In this document: in pieces, positions 22,842 through 36,943 of the stretch
Numbering within the stretch: the stretch's first letter is position 1
Layout: each line of letters opens with the position of its first letter
Origin: Octopus vulgaris
Lineage: Eukaryota
Assembly: GCA_951406725.2 (NCBI GenBank)
Contig: OX597822.1
Coordinates: 42,656,001-42,720,000 of the forward strand
Direction of reading: 5' to 3'
DNA: 64,000 nucleotides
Made by a program: the position numbers and the translations under genes
The notes under the pieces: model-generated
What the model was told of the DNA's origin: nothing
Seen by the model: only the letters and a program-made list of their open reading frames with translations
Databases searched by the model: none

Positions 22842-24862
22842 TTATGTTAAAATTTTTTTTTGTAAAACTAAAAATGACTTCCAAAAAGATAAGAGACTGA
22901 AAATATGCCCCACCACCACAATCTCCCATAACTCATTAGTCCAGATTGACAAATTGTAAGCAACCAAGTGGATAGGGGATTATCAATTGAAAGGTCAGAA
23001 GTTTGTATCCTTTCCTTGGCACTGTGTTACGTCCATGGCTACGGCACCACCGAGCTGTAAACACAACAATGTTTTGTAAACTATAGAGATATAAAAGTAG
23101 GTTATGATAGTGTAGTCATGGTTAACACATCCAGGGGGAGGAGTGATTTATCTTACATCCATTGAAAGCCTGTACAGAAACTAGAGTTAAAATAATAGCT
23201 TAGATGATCATAAAAGTCCAAGGAGGGGACAGAGTTTTCTAGATACTCCATTCACATGGCGCATTTAGAGGTCTATGCACATGGTGCTGGTCAGAGTTGT
23301 AAGGTTTATCCTCCAAATTTTTCCACCAGGAGAGGGATAGCAGCTATGATCCTTTTCAGGGACTCCAAGACTGGTTAGAAGAAGGGATGTGTGAATATGT
23401 GGTCTAGTGGATAAGGGGGTTGCATTCACAATTGTAAGATCTTAGCTTTGATTCCTGGACAAGATGGTGTATTGTGTTCATGAGCAAAACACTTCATTGC
23501 ATGTTGCTCCAGTTCATTCAGGTGTAAATAAGTTCCAGTGATGACTGGGAAGTTAACCCTGTGATGAACTGGCATCCCATCCAGTGGAGAAAGTCTTGTA
23601 ATCTCAGTCACTTACACACCATGGAAACCAAGTCAAGCTCCAGTCTTAGGAATGCTAGGGGTCATAACAGATCTAAGAAGTGATGGAGTTATCCCCAGAC
23701 TGGAGATCTGACTTCAAAGCCTGGGGTCAGCTAAATGTGGTCAAGTGGTGATGCTTAACCGGTTACCTAACAATGGATAACAACAATGACTCAACAGGAA
23801 GAGAGTATTTGCATCATTGGGTCTCAACCAAAGTCCATACGGCCCTTGCAGGTCCTTATAGAATTTTGTTGTTAAAATTTATGTGCAATAATTTGCTTAT
23901 ACTTCAATGCACAAAATTTTTTAATACAATTCCTAATACCTAATTATAGATATAAAATAGGATTTTTTTAATGATTAAATGGCTATGGGGGTCCATCTGA
24001 GTGAAATCGGAATCAAAGAGGTCCATAGGCAAAAAAAGGTTCTGAGAACCACTGATCTGCATGGTTACTTGATGCATTAGAAGTAGCAGTTAAATCACCT
24101 TCAAATTGCACATTACCATTTTTTTTCTTTTTAAGGGAACATTGGATAAGGTAGTCCTGGACATGTTATGCCCGAAGAGATAAAAGTCGGCCAATGCTAG
24201 AACACCTTTGATCATAGGTCTGCTGGGTCAAGGCTCGCCTGGGGTTGAACAGCAGTTACATGAAACAGGTTCAGTTAATAAGAAAATCTCCATGTAAACA
24301 CAGATGGTCTCTCCTGTCAAAGATGACATATGAGGGTTCAGCTTTTACCGAACGACCTGCACAAAATGATTTGTTTATAGTGATCAAATGTTTGGGCTGT
24401 GTTTTAGCTCACTCCCTCCATCAAATTGACATTGTCTAAACAGGTGCACTGTGTGCCATGCATCAGGTGTCAAAGTGATCGCAGAGCAATGCGAGATGAA
24501 GTGTTTTGCTCGAAGAACACAAAGCACCACCTGGTCTAGGAACTGAAACCACGATCCCACGATTGTGAGTGCAACACCCTAAACACTAGGCCATGTGCCC
24601 TCATGTGTAAACACAGAATCTGCAATAAATAGTAGCCAAATAACCCTCACATCATATCCTAATGTCTTTAAATAAGTGAGAACACAGACAGTGATGTCCC
24701 AGCTGAAAGTCCTAGGATTGTATTTCTGCTGAATTGGGGCTGATCAAAGGAGGACGATAACAACAACAACAAGGAAGGACACACAGATTAATGTAGTCTT
24801 CTATATCTTAGGTTCCAAAAACAACAATGATAACAACAACAAGAAAACAAGAGGCACCTTAC

Positions 24863-24946
24863 CTGAAAATTAACCTCAGTCTTTTGCTGCAAGAGAGTTC
24901 GGACTTCGTCGAGGTTCTTGTGAAAACAGGCTTGCACCAGGGGTGG
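24863..24946 (-). CDS. ANKRD28: PP6 regulatory ankyrin repeat subunit (ANKRD28/44/52 family), first securely identified coding exon
   Basis: Minus strand ttttgcag|CCA...CAG|gtaagg; 84 nt, phase 0/0. Translates PPLVQACFHKNLDEVRTLLQQKTEVNFQ, matching the family N-terminal PxLVQA...EVR.L..K.DVNFQ. The symbol denotes the family; this is probably co-orthologous to vertebrate ANKRD28/44/52. Confidence 0.93.
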
Positions 24947-27409
24947 CTGCAAAATATAGAGCATCAGTTGTTCAGGTGGTTTGTAGACGTAAATAACATC
25001 ATCACAATCATCATCATCATCAACACAGTTACTGGTGCCAGAAGCGGTAGTTTTTTCCGATAGCTTCATTGTTTTGTTTGTTTTTTTGTTTTGGTTTTTG
25101 AGGGGTTTAGGGTCTATTTTTGTTTTTTTTTTGCTATCTAGTCACAAACCAGCATAACCCAGCATCCACCCTTAAGAAATATAAAGACGGATTGTATGTG
25201 GTGGTAGTGGTGGCTGAGTTAAGAAGACAGTGTGGTGAATGGAAACTACATGAATATGTACAGGTCAAGTATACAGGAATACATGGAAAGGATGCACTGT
25301 AAGATAGGTGAGGGTGGAGGTCTGGAGTAAGGAATCGGAGGGGGGGATGTGTCGATATGTGTGTGAGGGGGTGATTAAGGCATGCAGTGAAGGTGGGATG
25401 AAGAGCCAGTGGTGGTGGTGGTGGTGGTAGTAACGGAAGTGAAAGACAGTTTGCCAAGATACTTTACAAACACACACACACAAACTCCAACACCCTTTAT
25501 ACATGCACAAAAAGTCTAGATGGAATTAAAACATGAAAGGGAGGCAATGGGGTAGGAGGTTGGGGTGGAGGCTGTGCAGTCAGCAGAAGGTTAAATAGAA
25601 CTTTGATGGTGGAAGATGTTTGGCTGTACAGAGGGAGCAAGTCCAAATCACTTTCCATCAACAAACTCATGCACACATGCAAGTGCACACACACAAAATT
25701 ACACAAACTACATAAATATTTATATACGCACATTTACTTAAAATAACAATTACACACAAACATATGTATGTATATATATATATATACACACACACACATA
25801 TATACATGCAAGATTACATTATTAGAACATACAAATTAATTACATACATACATGTATACAAACACATTAACAAGGTGTTACTGGGTGCAAGGACAAGCAC
25901 TGAATGAGGTAGGGGTATATGTAAAGATCCTCTGGGCGAAAATCCCTATCTACATGGGAGGCCAGAATATGCTGCTCTGTGTAATGTACAATGTTCATGA
26001 TGTCGGTATTGATGTCATGCTGATAGGGCGAGTATGAACAGGTAAGTAAGTGGGAGTATATAGCAGCAGCATGAATGGAGGTATGAGAGGAAGAATGAGT
26101 ATGTGTGCACGAGTGTGTTTGTGTAAGTCTAACATTTATAGAAATCCAGCCATGCACTTAATGATTGTAGAATAGGTCCCCCATCACCACCACCACCACT
26201 ACCAACAACAACAACACCTTCTCCCCAATCCTTACACCGACCCAGTCCGTCATCCTCATCAATAAGCCAAAGGTCATCAGTCGTCCGCAATAATGCTATT
26301 GGAAAAGATACACACTGCTGTGCTTTCTAATTGCACAATCATCACCAACATCATCATCAAAACAATCATTATCATTGACATCAACACCATCACTATGATC
26401 ATCATCATCATCATCATGACCACCACAATTACCACCAACATCACTATCGACATGATTATTACCTGAAAGAAAAAAAAAAGATTATCTCTAAAATAATTCT
26501 TAAATAATACAGTATTTATTCTCGTTGTTGTTGGTCAACTCAAGGTTAAATGCAATCACACGATTATGAAATAGTTTAACTACCACTAACAGCAGCAGCA
26601 AAGAAGACTGTAAATGGCTGCCTGATCTACAAGAAATAGCAGCTGAATTTCCCTCAAACCACACGCTACTATCTTAAAAAGTGAAAAAGGTCATAGCTGG
26701 GATGCCTTTGGTCATAGATCTGCTCAGTCAGGCTAAATAACAACATCACATCCAAAATGACATGACATCATCATCTTTTAAGGTCCGCTTTCCATGCTGG
26801 CATGGGTTGGAGGTTTGATTGAGGACTGGCAAGTCAGGAGGCTGCATCAGGCTCCAATCTGATCTGGCAAGGTTTCTACAGCTGGATGTCCTTCCTAACG
26901 CCAACCACTCTGAGAGTGTAGTGGATGCTTTTTACATGCCACTAGCATGGGCCAGTCAAGTGGTACTGGCATCAACCATGCTTGAATGGTGCTTTTTATG
27001 TGGCACCAGCATAAGAGCCAGTCAGGTGGCTTTGGCATCAACCACGCTTGAATGGTGCTTTTTACATGCCACTGACATGAGAGCCAGTCAGGTGGCACTG
27101 GCATCAACCACGCTCGAATGGTGCATTTTTATGTGCCACCAGCACGGGGTCCAGTTAGGCGACACTGGCAATGAACACGCCACTGATCCCTCTCCACGCC
27201 ACCAGTGTTATCCAAGGGAAAGGCAAAGGCCGATACATTGTAACACATTACTTCAGCTGAGTGAACTAGTTAGCAGTATAATAATCCATGTATTAAATGT
27301 TAACATTAAGTGGTAGTAGTTTAGCCCTAGGCTACTGCTGAGGAATAATATGTCTAGGACTGCATTATCTAATGCGTCATTTTTGAAAATTGTATGGTGT
27401 CATCTGAGG

Positions 27410-27535
27410 GAACTTTGACTATTATTTCCTGCAATCCGAGGGAGATTTAACTATTATTTACTGCAATTTGAGAGAGATTTGACTATTATTTCCTGCAATG
27501 TACGGGAGACTTGATTACTATTTCCTGCATTTTGA
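27410..27535. repeat. ~32-bp minisatellite, ~4 units (tttgactattatttcctgcaat..gagggaga)
   Basis: Direct reading. Confidence 0.75.
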
Positions 27536-28934
27536 GCAATTATGTACAGTCTTCTTCAATAGCTCACCTAACTATTGTTTAGAAACTAAATGATTCAAAC
27601 ATGCCACTTGCATTGCATTGTTCATCATACATGACGGGGTATGAATTACAAGAATCCTAAACAATTCTATTTTCTCCTTCACTAATAACTGTACAAGCTT
27701 GCAATGCTTTGTCAATGATTCATTCACCACTACTTCAACAACAAGAACACTTAAGTCATGATACCTGGGCTGTGGAGTTGAGGAGTATCCGACGTTTTGG
27801 CACTACCCATTTGGCACTGCCCATTTGGCGTTACCAATTCAGCACTGACTCATTTCAAATCAGATGTATCAATGCTTCCCCTATTCTCTCTCTCTCTCCC
27901 TCTCTGTGTGAACATCTAGTATTTATATATGCAATACCTCTCTCTGTTTATGTTAAGTTAGCATATTGCTCTCTACGTGTACAAGGAGAGGGATGGTGTT
28001 TCCATCAATTAGGCTTGATTAATAAATTTTATTTAGAGATTGAATAACAATTTAATTACAAGGAAACAAAGAAAATGAAAAAAAAGGCGGGGGTGGTTAG
28101 TAGTAACAAGTTGTACACCCTAGAACAATTGACATCTTCAGTCATGCCCTGCAGACATGATTGCAATGGCATTGCTACAGAATGGCCAGCGACACTTGTT
28201 GCAAGATTGTAATATCTCTTTCTCCATTTATCTGAATATATTTTTGCATATATACAAGCTGGCTTCCGTGCCGATGGCACATTAAAAGTACCATTCAAGC
28301 GTGATTGTTACCTGCGTCGCCTTACTAGCACTTGTGCTGATGGCACGTGAAAAAATATTCGAGCGAGGTCGTTGACAGTGCTGCTGGACTAGCTCCTGTG
28401 CAGGTGGCACATAAATAGCACCATTTGAGCGTGACCATTGCCAGTACCGCCTGACTGGCCCTCGTACCAGTGGCACGTAAAAGCACCCACTACACTCTCG
28501 GAGTGTTTGGCATTAGGAAGGGCATCCAGCTGTAGAAACTCTGCCAGATCAGATTGGAGTCTGGTGCAGCCATCTGGTTCGCCAGTCCTCTGTCAAATCG
28601 TCCAACCCATGCTAGCATGGAAAGCGGACGTTAAACGATGATGATAATGATTTTTGCATATATGTGCCTCTAATGCCAAAACGTACTCTCCTCAAAACAG
28701 GTTGAATATCCAACCAGCCATGCCAAATCATTAGTATTCAAACACCTGTACATAGGTGTCCCATTCCATGGAATTACTATACAATCCGTTCAATACCACT
28801 TATTCCTCTATTAGCAATCACAATTTTATCTCTTCCCTGCAGTTGTTGACAAGGTTAAAGAGAGAACATCAATGACAATCTCACCAGTGTAGGAATACCT
28901 GCAAAGGCCATAAGCAGAGTACATTACTCTAGAC

Positions 28935-29104
28935 CAGTGTTATGCTGTGGTACACTGGTATGCCACAAGACAATGCTAGGTGTGCCACAGTGTAACCTGA
29001 ACATAATTTCTTTCCTTGTACTTTTATTTATATTTTTAGTTCAAGTGTGCTGCCAAATTTTGAAAACAAGTGTACAGCAAGTGAAAAAGGGTTGTGGAGC
29101 ACTG
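28935..29104. mobile_element. hAT MITE
   Basis: Termini cagtg.../...cactg; 8-bp TSD ctctagac/ctctagat. Confidence 0.65.
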
Positions 29105-29915
29105 CTCTAGATCCCAAGTAAAAGAAACCTGGCATTCCTGCTAGTCACTGCAGGGACATTTTCCATTTCCCTCCACTATACATTGTGGTTTTTTGAACAT
29201 AGCACATGCATAAGAGATGTTATCTCCAAAAAGATATCACAGTAAATTTGCCTTTAAACAAGGTATTTACATTATGATATTTATCTTTTACTTGTTTTAA
29301 TCATCAGTTTTGAGGCGTCACCTTGAAGAATTTTATTCAAATGAATCGACCCCAGTATTTTTTTCTTTTTTCTTATTCTATCGCTGATTTTGCTAAACTT
29401 TTAAGTTACAGGGATGTAAACACACCAACATCAAATGACTGTGGAGGAACAAACACGGAGACAAAGACACACACATACATATGATGGGCTTCTTTCAGTT
29501 TCCGTCTACCAAATCTACTCATAAGACTTTAGCCAGCCCTAAGGTTATAACAGGAGACACTTGCTCAAAGTGTCACGTAGTGGAATTGAACCCAGAACCA
29601 TGTTATTGGAAAACAAACTTCTTACCACATAACCATGCCTGCACCTATAGATTGCTATTTTAATTCAACACTGCATCTACTGCACATAATGGATTTCAGC
29701 CAGGCAGCTACTCACAATACCAGGAATTTTTCTCACTGTTTTCTAATCTATCAGTGGCAACAAATCTTGTCTTAGCATGCTGTTGGCTGTGAGTAGATGC
29801 CATTGACAAGGCTCAACGAGGCTCAAATGCAACTGGCATTCTCGCTAGCAGCCACTGGGGCGATTTTCCTCTTCTTCCAATACATTTTGTTTTTAAACAC
29901 ACCACATCTATAAGA

Positions 29916-30238
29916 ATGAAGGCAGTGGCTTGGTGATTAGGGTATTTGGCTCACAATTTTAAGATTAGAAGTTCAGTTCCCAACAATGCATTGTGTCCTT
30001 GAGTAAGACACTTTATTTCACATTGCTCCAGTCCATTCAGCTGGCAAAAATAAATAGTAACTGTATTTCAAAGGGCCAGCTATGTCACACTCAGTGTCAC
30101 GCTGGCTCTCCCAGAGAACTACAGTAAGGGTACATGTGTCTGTGGAGTGCTCAGCCACTTATGCATTAATTTCATGAGCAGGCTGTTCCATTGATCAGAT
30201 CAACTGGAACCCTTGTTGTCGTAACCGAGTATCAGTTA
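29916..30238 (+). mobile_element. tRNA-derived SINE family D (CORE/V-like central domain)
   Basis: tRNA-like head, then gtgtccttgagtaagacactttatttcacattgctccagtccattcagctggcaaaaat; flanked by the near-duplication tctataaga/tccataaga. Related copies at 23385-23640(+), 24480-24605(-), 56255-56480(+), 62760-62895(-). Confidence 0.65.
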
Positions 30239-30518
30239 TCCATAAGAGATATTATCTCTGGATGAATACCACAGTAAATTTGCCTTTCAACAATGTATTT
30301 ACGTTCTTTTATTGGTTTCAGTCATTTGACTGCAGCCATGCTGGAGCACTGCCTTTACTCAAACAAATTGACCCCAGGACTTATTCTTTCTAAGCCTAGT
30401 ACTTATTCTATTGGTCTCTTTAGCTGAACTGCTAAGTTACAGGGATGTAAACACACCAAAATCGGTTGTCAAGCACTGTTGGAGGGACGAACACAGACAC
30501 ACAAATATATAGACATAC

Positions 30519-30562
<44 letters not shown>

Positions 30563-31922
30563 ATACGACAGGCTTCTTTCAGTTTTCATCTACCAAATAC
30601 ACTGATAAGGCTTTGGTTGGCCCGGGGCTATAGTAGAAGACACTTGCCCAAGGTGCCACACAGTAGGACTGAACCCGGTACCATGTGGTTGGGAAGCAAG
30701 CTTCTTACCACACAGCCACGCCTACATTAAGTATGATACATAGATGGCTACCTTAATTTAATATTGATTCTATTGTATGTAACATATTTTTATTCAGCTG
30801 GGTGGTTATTTGTGACACCAGTGAATGTTTTACACTGTTTTCCTCTATATTTGTGGCAACAAATTTCATCTGAGTATGCTATTGATTGTGAATACACCAC
30901 TGACAAGGGCCAACAAGGCCAAGATGCATCCGGTGTTCTCACTAGTCGCAGCTGCAACAATTTTCATCTCCATTGTATATATATATATATATATATCATT
31001 TTTAAACACACCACGTCCATAAGTATTATATCTGGACAAATACTGCAGTAAATTTACTTTTCAGTGACATATTTACATTAAAATATGATACATAGATGGC
31101 TAAGAAAAAAACATTTTCCATATTTTTACTAAATTTTAAACTTTGAAACATACTTTTTTACTATTTAAACTCTTACTGTGAGGTGTAATAGTGAACTACA
31201 AAATTAGAAAATCATTGATGTACAAGCTGTTTTGGGCTGTAGTGGAGGAAGTAGTCAATAATATTAGTAGAGTTGGTTGAGAGATGGTTGTGGTAGTAAC
31301 AGCAGTTTAACAATAGCAAAAAGTACCACACCTTGTTTTTAGACAGGGAGGTAGGTTGACCTTTAAGTTGGACCACTATGAGCTGACCTTGTCTTTTAAT
31401 CTCCTGATTAAGGCAATAGACTTTATACATACTGTATCTTTAAGTAGAACCATCATCATTATCATCGACATCATACACTTGACGATAATCACAGAGGGGG
31501 GACGGACACACAAACACACTTGCATTCACATGTACACATACAATACATTCATATGCAAACTATACACACACACACACACACACACACACATTAGCATGCA
31601 AAGTATAAACAGATACAAATACATACACATGTACACAAATTACATACAAAAACTCACAGAAACTAAAGAAAATATATGCAAACACACACATTATATAAAC
31701 ACAAACATACACTGGACACAGACATATACATACCCAGAAAATGAGAAACTATTGTATGTGCACACAGACACATACACACGAGAGAAAGACAGAGAAAACA
31801 AACTTAGATTCAACACGTTCTTACTTCATATTGTACGTTCATTATATTAATTTTCAAAAAATCACTTTGACAGTCAATATTTCTCTACTATACTCCAACA
31901 TAATATAACCTTTAACATATAC

Positions 31923-32288
31923 TCTCTTTTACTCTTTTACGTGTTTCAGTCATTTGACTGCGGCCATGCTGGAGCACCACCTTTTAGTACTTATTCTATC
32001 GGTCTCTTTTTGCCGAACCGCTAAGTGACGGGGACCTAAACACACCAGCATCGGTTGTCAAGCAATGCTAGAGGGACAAACACAGACACACAAACACATG
32101 CATACATATATATATACATATATACGACAGGCTTCTTTCAGTTTCCGTCTACCAAATCCACTCACAAGGCATTGGTCGGCCCGGGGCTATAGCAGAAGAC
32201 ACTTGCCCAAGATGCCACGCAGTGGGACTGAACCCGCAACCGTGTGGTTGGTTAGCAAGCTACTTACCACACAGCCACTCCTGCGCCT
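31923..32288 (-). mobile_element. SINE family A
   Basis: Near-consensus copy, head-to-head with 32567-32922. Confidence 0.85.
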
Positions 32289-32352
32289 ATATATAAATAT
32301 ATATATAAAATTTGATAAAATTTTTTTCTCTAAAAAATTTTATCCTACATTA

Positions 32353-32390
<38 letters not shown>

Positions 32391-32566
32391 CTAATGTAGG
32401 ATAAAATTTTTTCTAGAAAAAAATTTTATCAATGGCCAGCATATCAAAAAATACCTTTAAAGGTTAAATTTATAAATAGTTTACAAAATAAGGGCAAAAG
32501 AAAAGATTCCAATGCCAAATATGCCGAAAAAAAGACAAAATTGTCAATAACCATATGCATATATGC

Positions 32567-32921
32567 AGAGGCATGGCTGTGTGGTAAGATGCTTGCTTCC
32601 TAACCACATGGTTCTGGGTTCTGTCCCACTGCATGGCACCTTGGCCAAGTATCTTCTACTATAGCCTCAGGCCAACCAAAGCCTTGTGAGTGAATTTGGT
32701 AGACGGAAACTAAAGAAGCCTGTCGTGTGTGCATGCACGTGTATGATCCACCACCACTGCTTGGCAACAGGTGTTGGTGTGTTTATGTTCCTATAACTTA
32801 GTGGTTCAGCAAAAGAGTCAACAGAACAAGTAAAAAAAGTACTGGGGTTCATTCATTTGATTAAGTATTTTTTATGGTGTTGCCCCAGCATGGTCATGGT
32901 CTAAGACTGAAACAAGTAGAA

Positions 32922-32922
<1 letters not shown>
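32567..32922 (+). mobile_element. SINE family A
   Basis: ggcatggctgtgtggtaag...ggttctgtcccactgc...ctgaaacaagtagaaagat. Confidence 0.8.
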
Positions 32923-32969
<47 letters not shown>

Positions 32970-33710
32970 TATTATATAATTTATACATATTGGTTTACAA
33001 ACCAATATACACACGACCTTCCGATACAAGAGGAAACAGCACTAGGAAGAAACCTTGTTATATACAAAGTGTGACTTCCTTATGGATGTTGTCACACTGC
33101 TGTGAAGAGATATTGAACTTGGGATCTCTATGTTCAGAGACCTAACCAGTGCAGATGACCTTACATGCGTCACCTAGGCAACTGTAAAGGATGTCGTGAA
33201 CCATTTCCGTCCATTAAGTGTCCACTCATCTCTCACTGAGTCATTGGTGCCATGTGTGCGTTTGTGTATGTGCATGAGTGTGCGGGTTGGTGAATACGCA
33301 TGTGTGTATGTGTGTTCATGCCGATGTACCTGTGTATTTGTGTGTACATGTGCGTGTGTGTAGGTACACACTTGTGTAGGTACACACTTGTGTACGTGTC
33401 TGTATTGAGGTGTTATATATGTACATACATGTGTACACATTAATTGGGCGTTTACATACATGTGTTTCTGTGTGTACATATCTGTATGTCTTACATTGAT
33501 ATGCGATACACACACACAACTAATATGTGTGCATGTGTAAATATTTGACTATTTACACATATGTATGTGAATGTGTGTGCATTGACATGTATGGTATATA
33601 TGTTTATGTTGCTATCTGTGTTACTAGTGTATGGCTCAGTGATTCTGAACCCTTTTTACCTATGGTTCCTATTTTACTTGGGTGAACCCTCATAACCATT
33701 CAATGTTTAA

Positions 33711-33929
33711 CCCTTTAGTGTTCAGATTATTCAATCAAACATAATGCCTATTGATTCACATTGACTTGAATTGATCATGCATTATCCCATATCTTCAAGA
33801 TCTTGATGGTGTAACTACTTAATGTAGAATAACATTGTAGGGTAGGTGTGAGAGCCTGGATCTGGTCAGTTTGAACATAAAACAGATTAAATATTTTGGC
33901 CGGATATGGCCGGTTTAAATACTAAAGGG
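33711..33929. mobile_element. piggyBac-type MITE (nested in a hAT MITE)
   Basis: TTAA|ccctttagt...actaaaggg|TTAA. Confidence 0.8.
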
Positions 33930-34471
33930 TTAAAAAAATCCTATTATACCTTCATCATCATCATCGTTTAACATCCGTTTTCCATGCTAGTTCGACCAGA
34001 GTCTGGGAAGCCAGGAGGCTGCTCCAGGCTCCAGTCTGATCTGGCAGTGTTTCTACAGCTGGATGCTCGTCCTAACGCCAACCACTCTGTGAGTGTAGTG
34101 GATGCTTTTTACATGCCACTGGCACAGGGGCCAGAGGAGGCTGGAAACAGCCACGATCGATTGGTGCTTTTTATGTGCCACCAATTAAACATCATAGGGA
34201 ATAATACAATTAACTAATGACCTATTTTGAGTATAGTAGAGGTATAACCAATCAATTGCACATAACTTGTAACAATAAAATCTTACATGGACCCTGTTGA
34301 GAACCACGGGTGTATGTGATACATGTGGGTGAGTGTATGTTTTTAATGCATGTGTATATTTTCATGTGCATATATTTCCAAGTTTCGGAAATGTATATAT
34401 ATTTATAGATACTAAATTTACCTGAATTATACACACTACATACATGCATACACCACCGAGTGACTCATTAA

Positions 34472-34681
34472 CCCTTTCTTCACTGTATTTATTTGGAGAT
34501 GCTCTGTATTTCTTTCAATTACTTTAAATATAACAAAGAATTTAGTAAAATAACTTAGTTATCATTCAGCTAGTGTTAGGAACATAAATTGTGACTAAGG
34601 TTTGGTGGAAGATTTTAATTCAAAACTTATGAAAACAAGACATTTGTACTCAGAGCCAGAGCCGAGTTGGTAACGAAAGGG
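34472..34681. mobile_element. piggyBac-type MITE, second family
   Basis: TTAA|ccctttc...gaaaggg|TTAA; decayed relatives at ~14630-14833 and ~41715-41920. Confidence 0.75.
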
Positions 34682-35670
34682 TTAATAGCTTGTGGAGGTC
34701 AAGGAAGTAGCTCATTAGACAAGACATTGGGCATTAAAGCTGTGTGGAAGTGGAGCACAATGCTGTATAATCTCTCCAAAGAGTGGTACCATAAACATTC
34801 AGTAAAATCTCTGTTAGAACGTCATGGTTGACAAAACTTTGGGCAATACGCCAGGTGGACTGGAGTAACTTATAGTAGGGGGTTACCAACCACAGGATCG
34901 CACAGAAAGAATACATTTTAGAATTATATTTCTATTCCATTGACTATCACAGTTTGCAGGGTATTTTTGCATTACATGTGTGTGTGTGTGTGTGTATGTA
35001 ATATGTATTATATAAGTAATAAATATATTATATGTAATATGTATTATATAAGTAATAAATATATTATATAAGTAATAAATATATACTTTATTGTGCTTTA
35101 TTATGCACATGATCGCCCACTCCATGGAAAAATAACCTTGCATGAAACTGGTTCATGGTGGTAAAGAAAAGAAAAGAAAAAAGGTTGGAGTGGTACAGAC
35201 AAAGTATTAGCAGCCAGACTTGCAGGAATTGTTTGTTGGAAGTAGAAGATAAATTCTGTTACCTGGCTTGACACAGGTCATATTAAATAAGTCACTGACA
35301 GAGTTTTTATCTTCTAACAGCCATATCTCCCATTTAATTACACCCTACCAATGACGAAGCCACTGTAATGTAACAGGCAGATCTGCATTAACCACATCTT
35401 ACTATCTTACAAAAACAAAAAAAAAAAATGATTTAATGTAGTCCCTGCACATGAGACAGGATAGACATAGCCGAGTTGTAGCAAAACAAAAAGGCAACAG
35501 ACATTGGGTAAAAGAGTCCTAGATATACTGTGTCTAAATAAAAGACGGCAATATTAATGGTAAGGATGCACTTAATCACTAGTCTGAGCAGAGCTGGCCT
35601 GGGGCTAGACATAACAGCCTGGTTAGTGAGGATTGTGTGATTGGGTAGTAATGGGGATGGGAAAATGGTA

Positions 35671-35890
35671 TACAAGGGGGTGCTGAAAGTTCCTGGCTTT
35701 GGGCAAAAGAAAATACAGGAAGATCAGTTAATTATGATTTTATTCAACATATTCTCCTCTAAGATTCACACATTTATAGCAGCAGTCCTTCAGTTTTTCT
35801 AAACCCAGTAAAAGCACTCAAAAGGTTCGACCTCCAACCAGGCCTTTTCCAATACTCTGAAAACTAGGAACTTTTCAGCATTCCCTCGTA
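35671..35890. mobile_element. mariner-type MITE
   Basis: TIRs tacaagggggtgctgaaagttcctgg / ctaggaacttttcagcattccctcgta with TA ends; partial second copy at ~38500-38643. Confidence 0.8.
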
Positions 35891-36781
35891 TCTCTTGATT
35901 ACAGCTCATTTCTCAGTACATCAGACAGACTATATGTGATGGTACTAATACAGAACTATACGCAGTGTGTGCGTAAGGCTATGATGCATGGCAATGAAAC
36001 ATGGACAGAGTATATAGAGGACTACATGTTGCATGTGCATCATTTGTGATGACATATGGTAGAGACTGAAGGTGCAGTTTATATAATAGTAGTGGAGGAG
36101 TGATGGAGGAAAGCTGGCAAAGTAGCAGGTTCAAATCCTACTTGAAACTAACTTTGCAATATTAAGTAATAACACTTGATGAATCATAATACCAGTATTA
36201 CACTGGGTCAGGTTCAACCATAATTCTCCTTAGTCAAAAGTGAAGAACAAGGACAAGACATATTTTATGCATTGTGTGAGACTGTGGGTAAGGCATTACT
36301 ACCCAAGTAGCAGGATTTTAGGCAGAAGACAGCTACTACTATCACTACAACAAACAACACCGTTACCACTGCTGTAACTACCACCAACACCATTGCTCTA
36401 TTCTATTCCTAATTCTGTAATCACATCAGATTAAGAAGGATTAATCTTTTAATGTTGTCATTCTACTTCTAGTGTGTAGAGAGGGAGCAGTAGCGAGGGG
36501 ATAAAGTGGTGCAGTGTGCGGTGAAGGGGAAGATAAAGTGGTGGTGGTGTAGGGGGAGTCTTAAGTATTATCACTAACACAGCAGTAGGAGAACTACTGA
36601 CTGATATAGGGTGGAGGTATGTATAGGAGAGAGAGTGTGTGTGTGCACGCGCGCACGCACACAGATGTGTGTCAAAGAATATTTGTTCATTCTTAATAAA
36701 GATCATATATGTGAATGGAGGAAGAGGAGGTGTATTTGAGTAAAAGGGGAGTGAAGAGGTGGTATGTATATGCATGCACAC

Positions 36782-36835
<54 letters not shown>

Positions 36836-36911
36836 CACATATAAAATGTTGTGTGGTCTATGAATGTACATATATAACAGTATATAGTGTACGTGTTTGT
36901 ATGCATGTATG

Positions 36912-36943
<32 letters not shown>

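Noticed and set aside
25972-25998. MNIVHYTEQ (minus strand), a 9-codon stretch resembling the family's short first exon
   Set aside because: Followed by CATATT, not a GT or GC donor.
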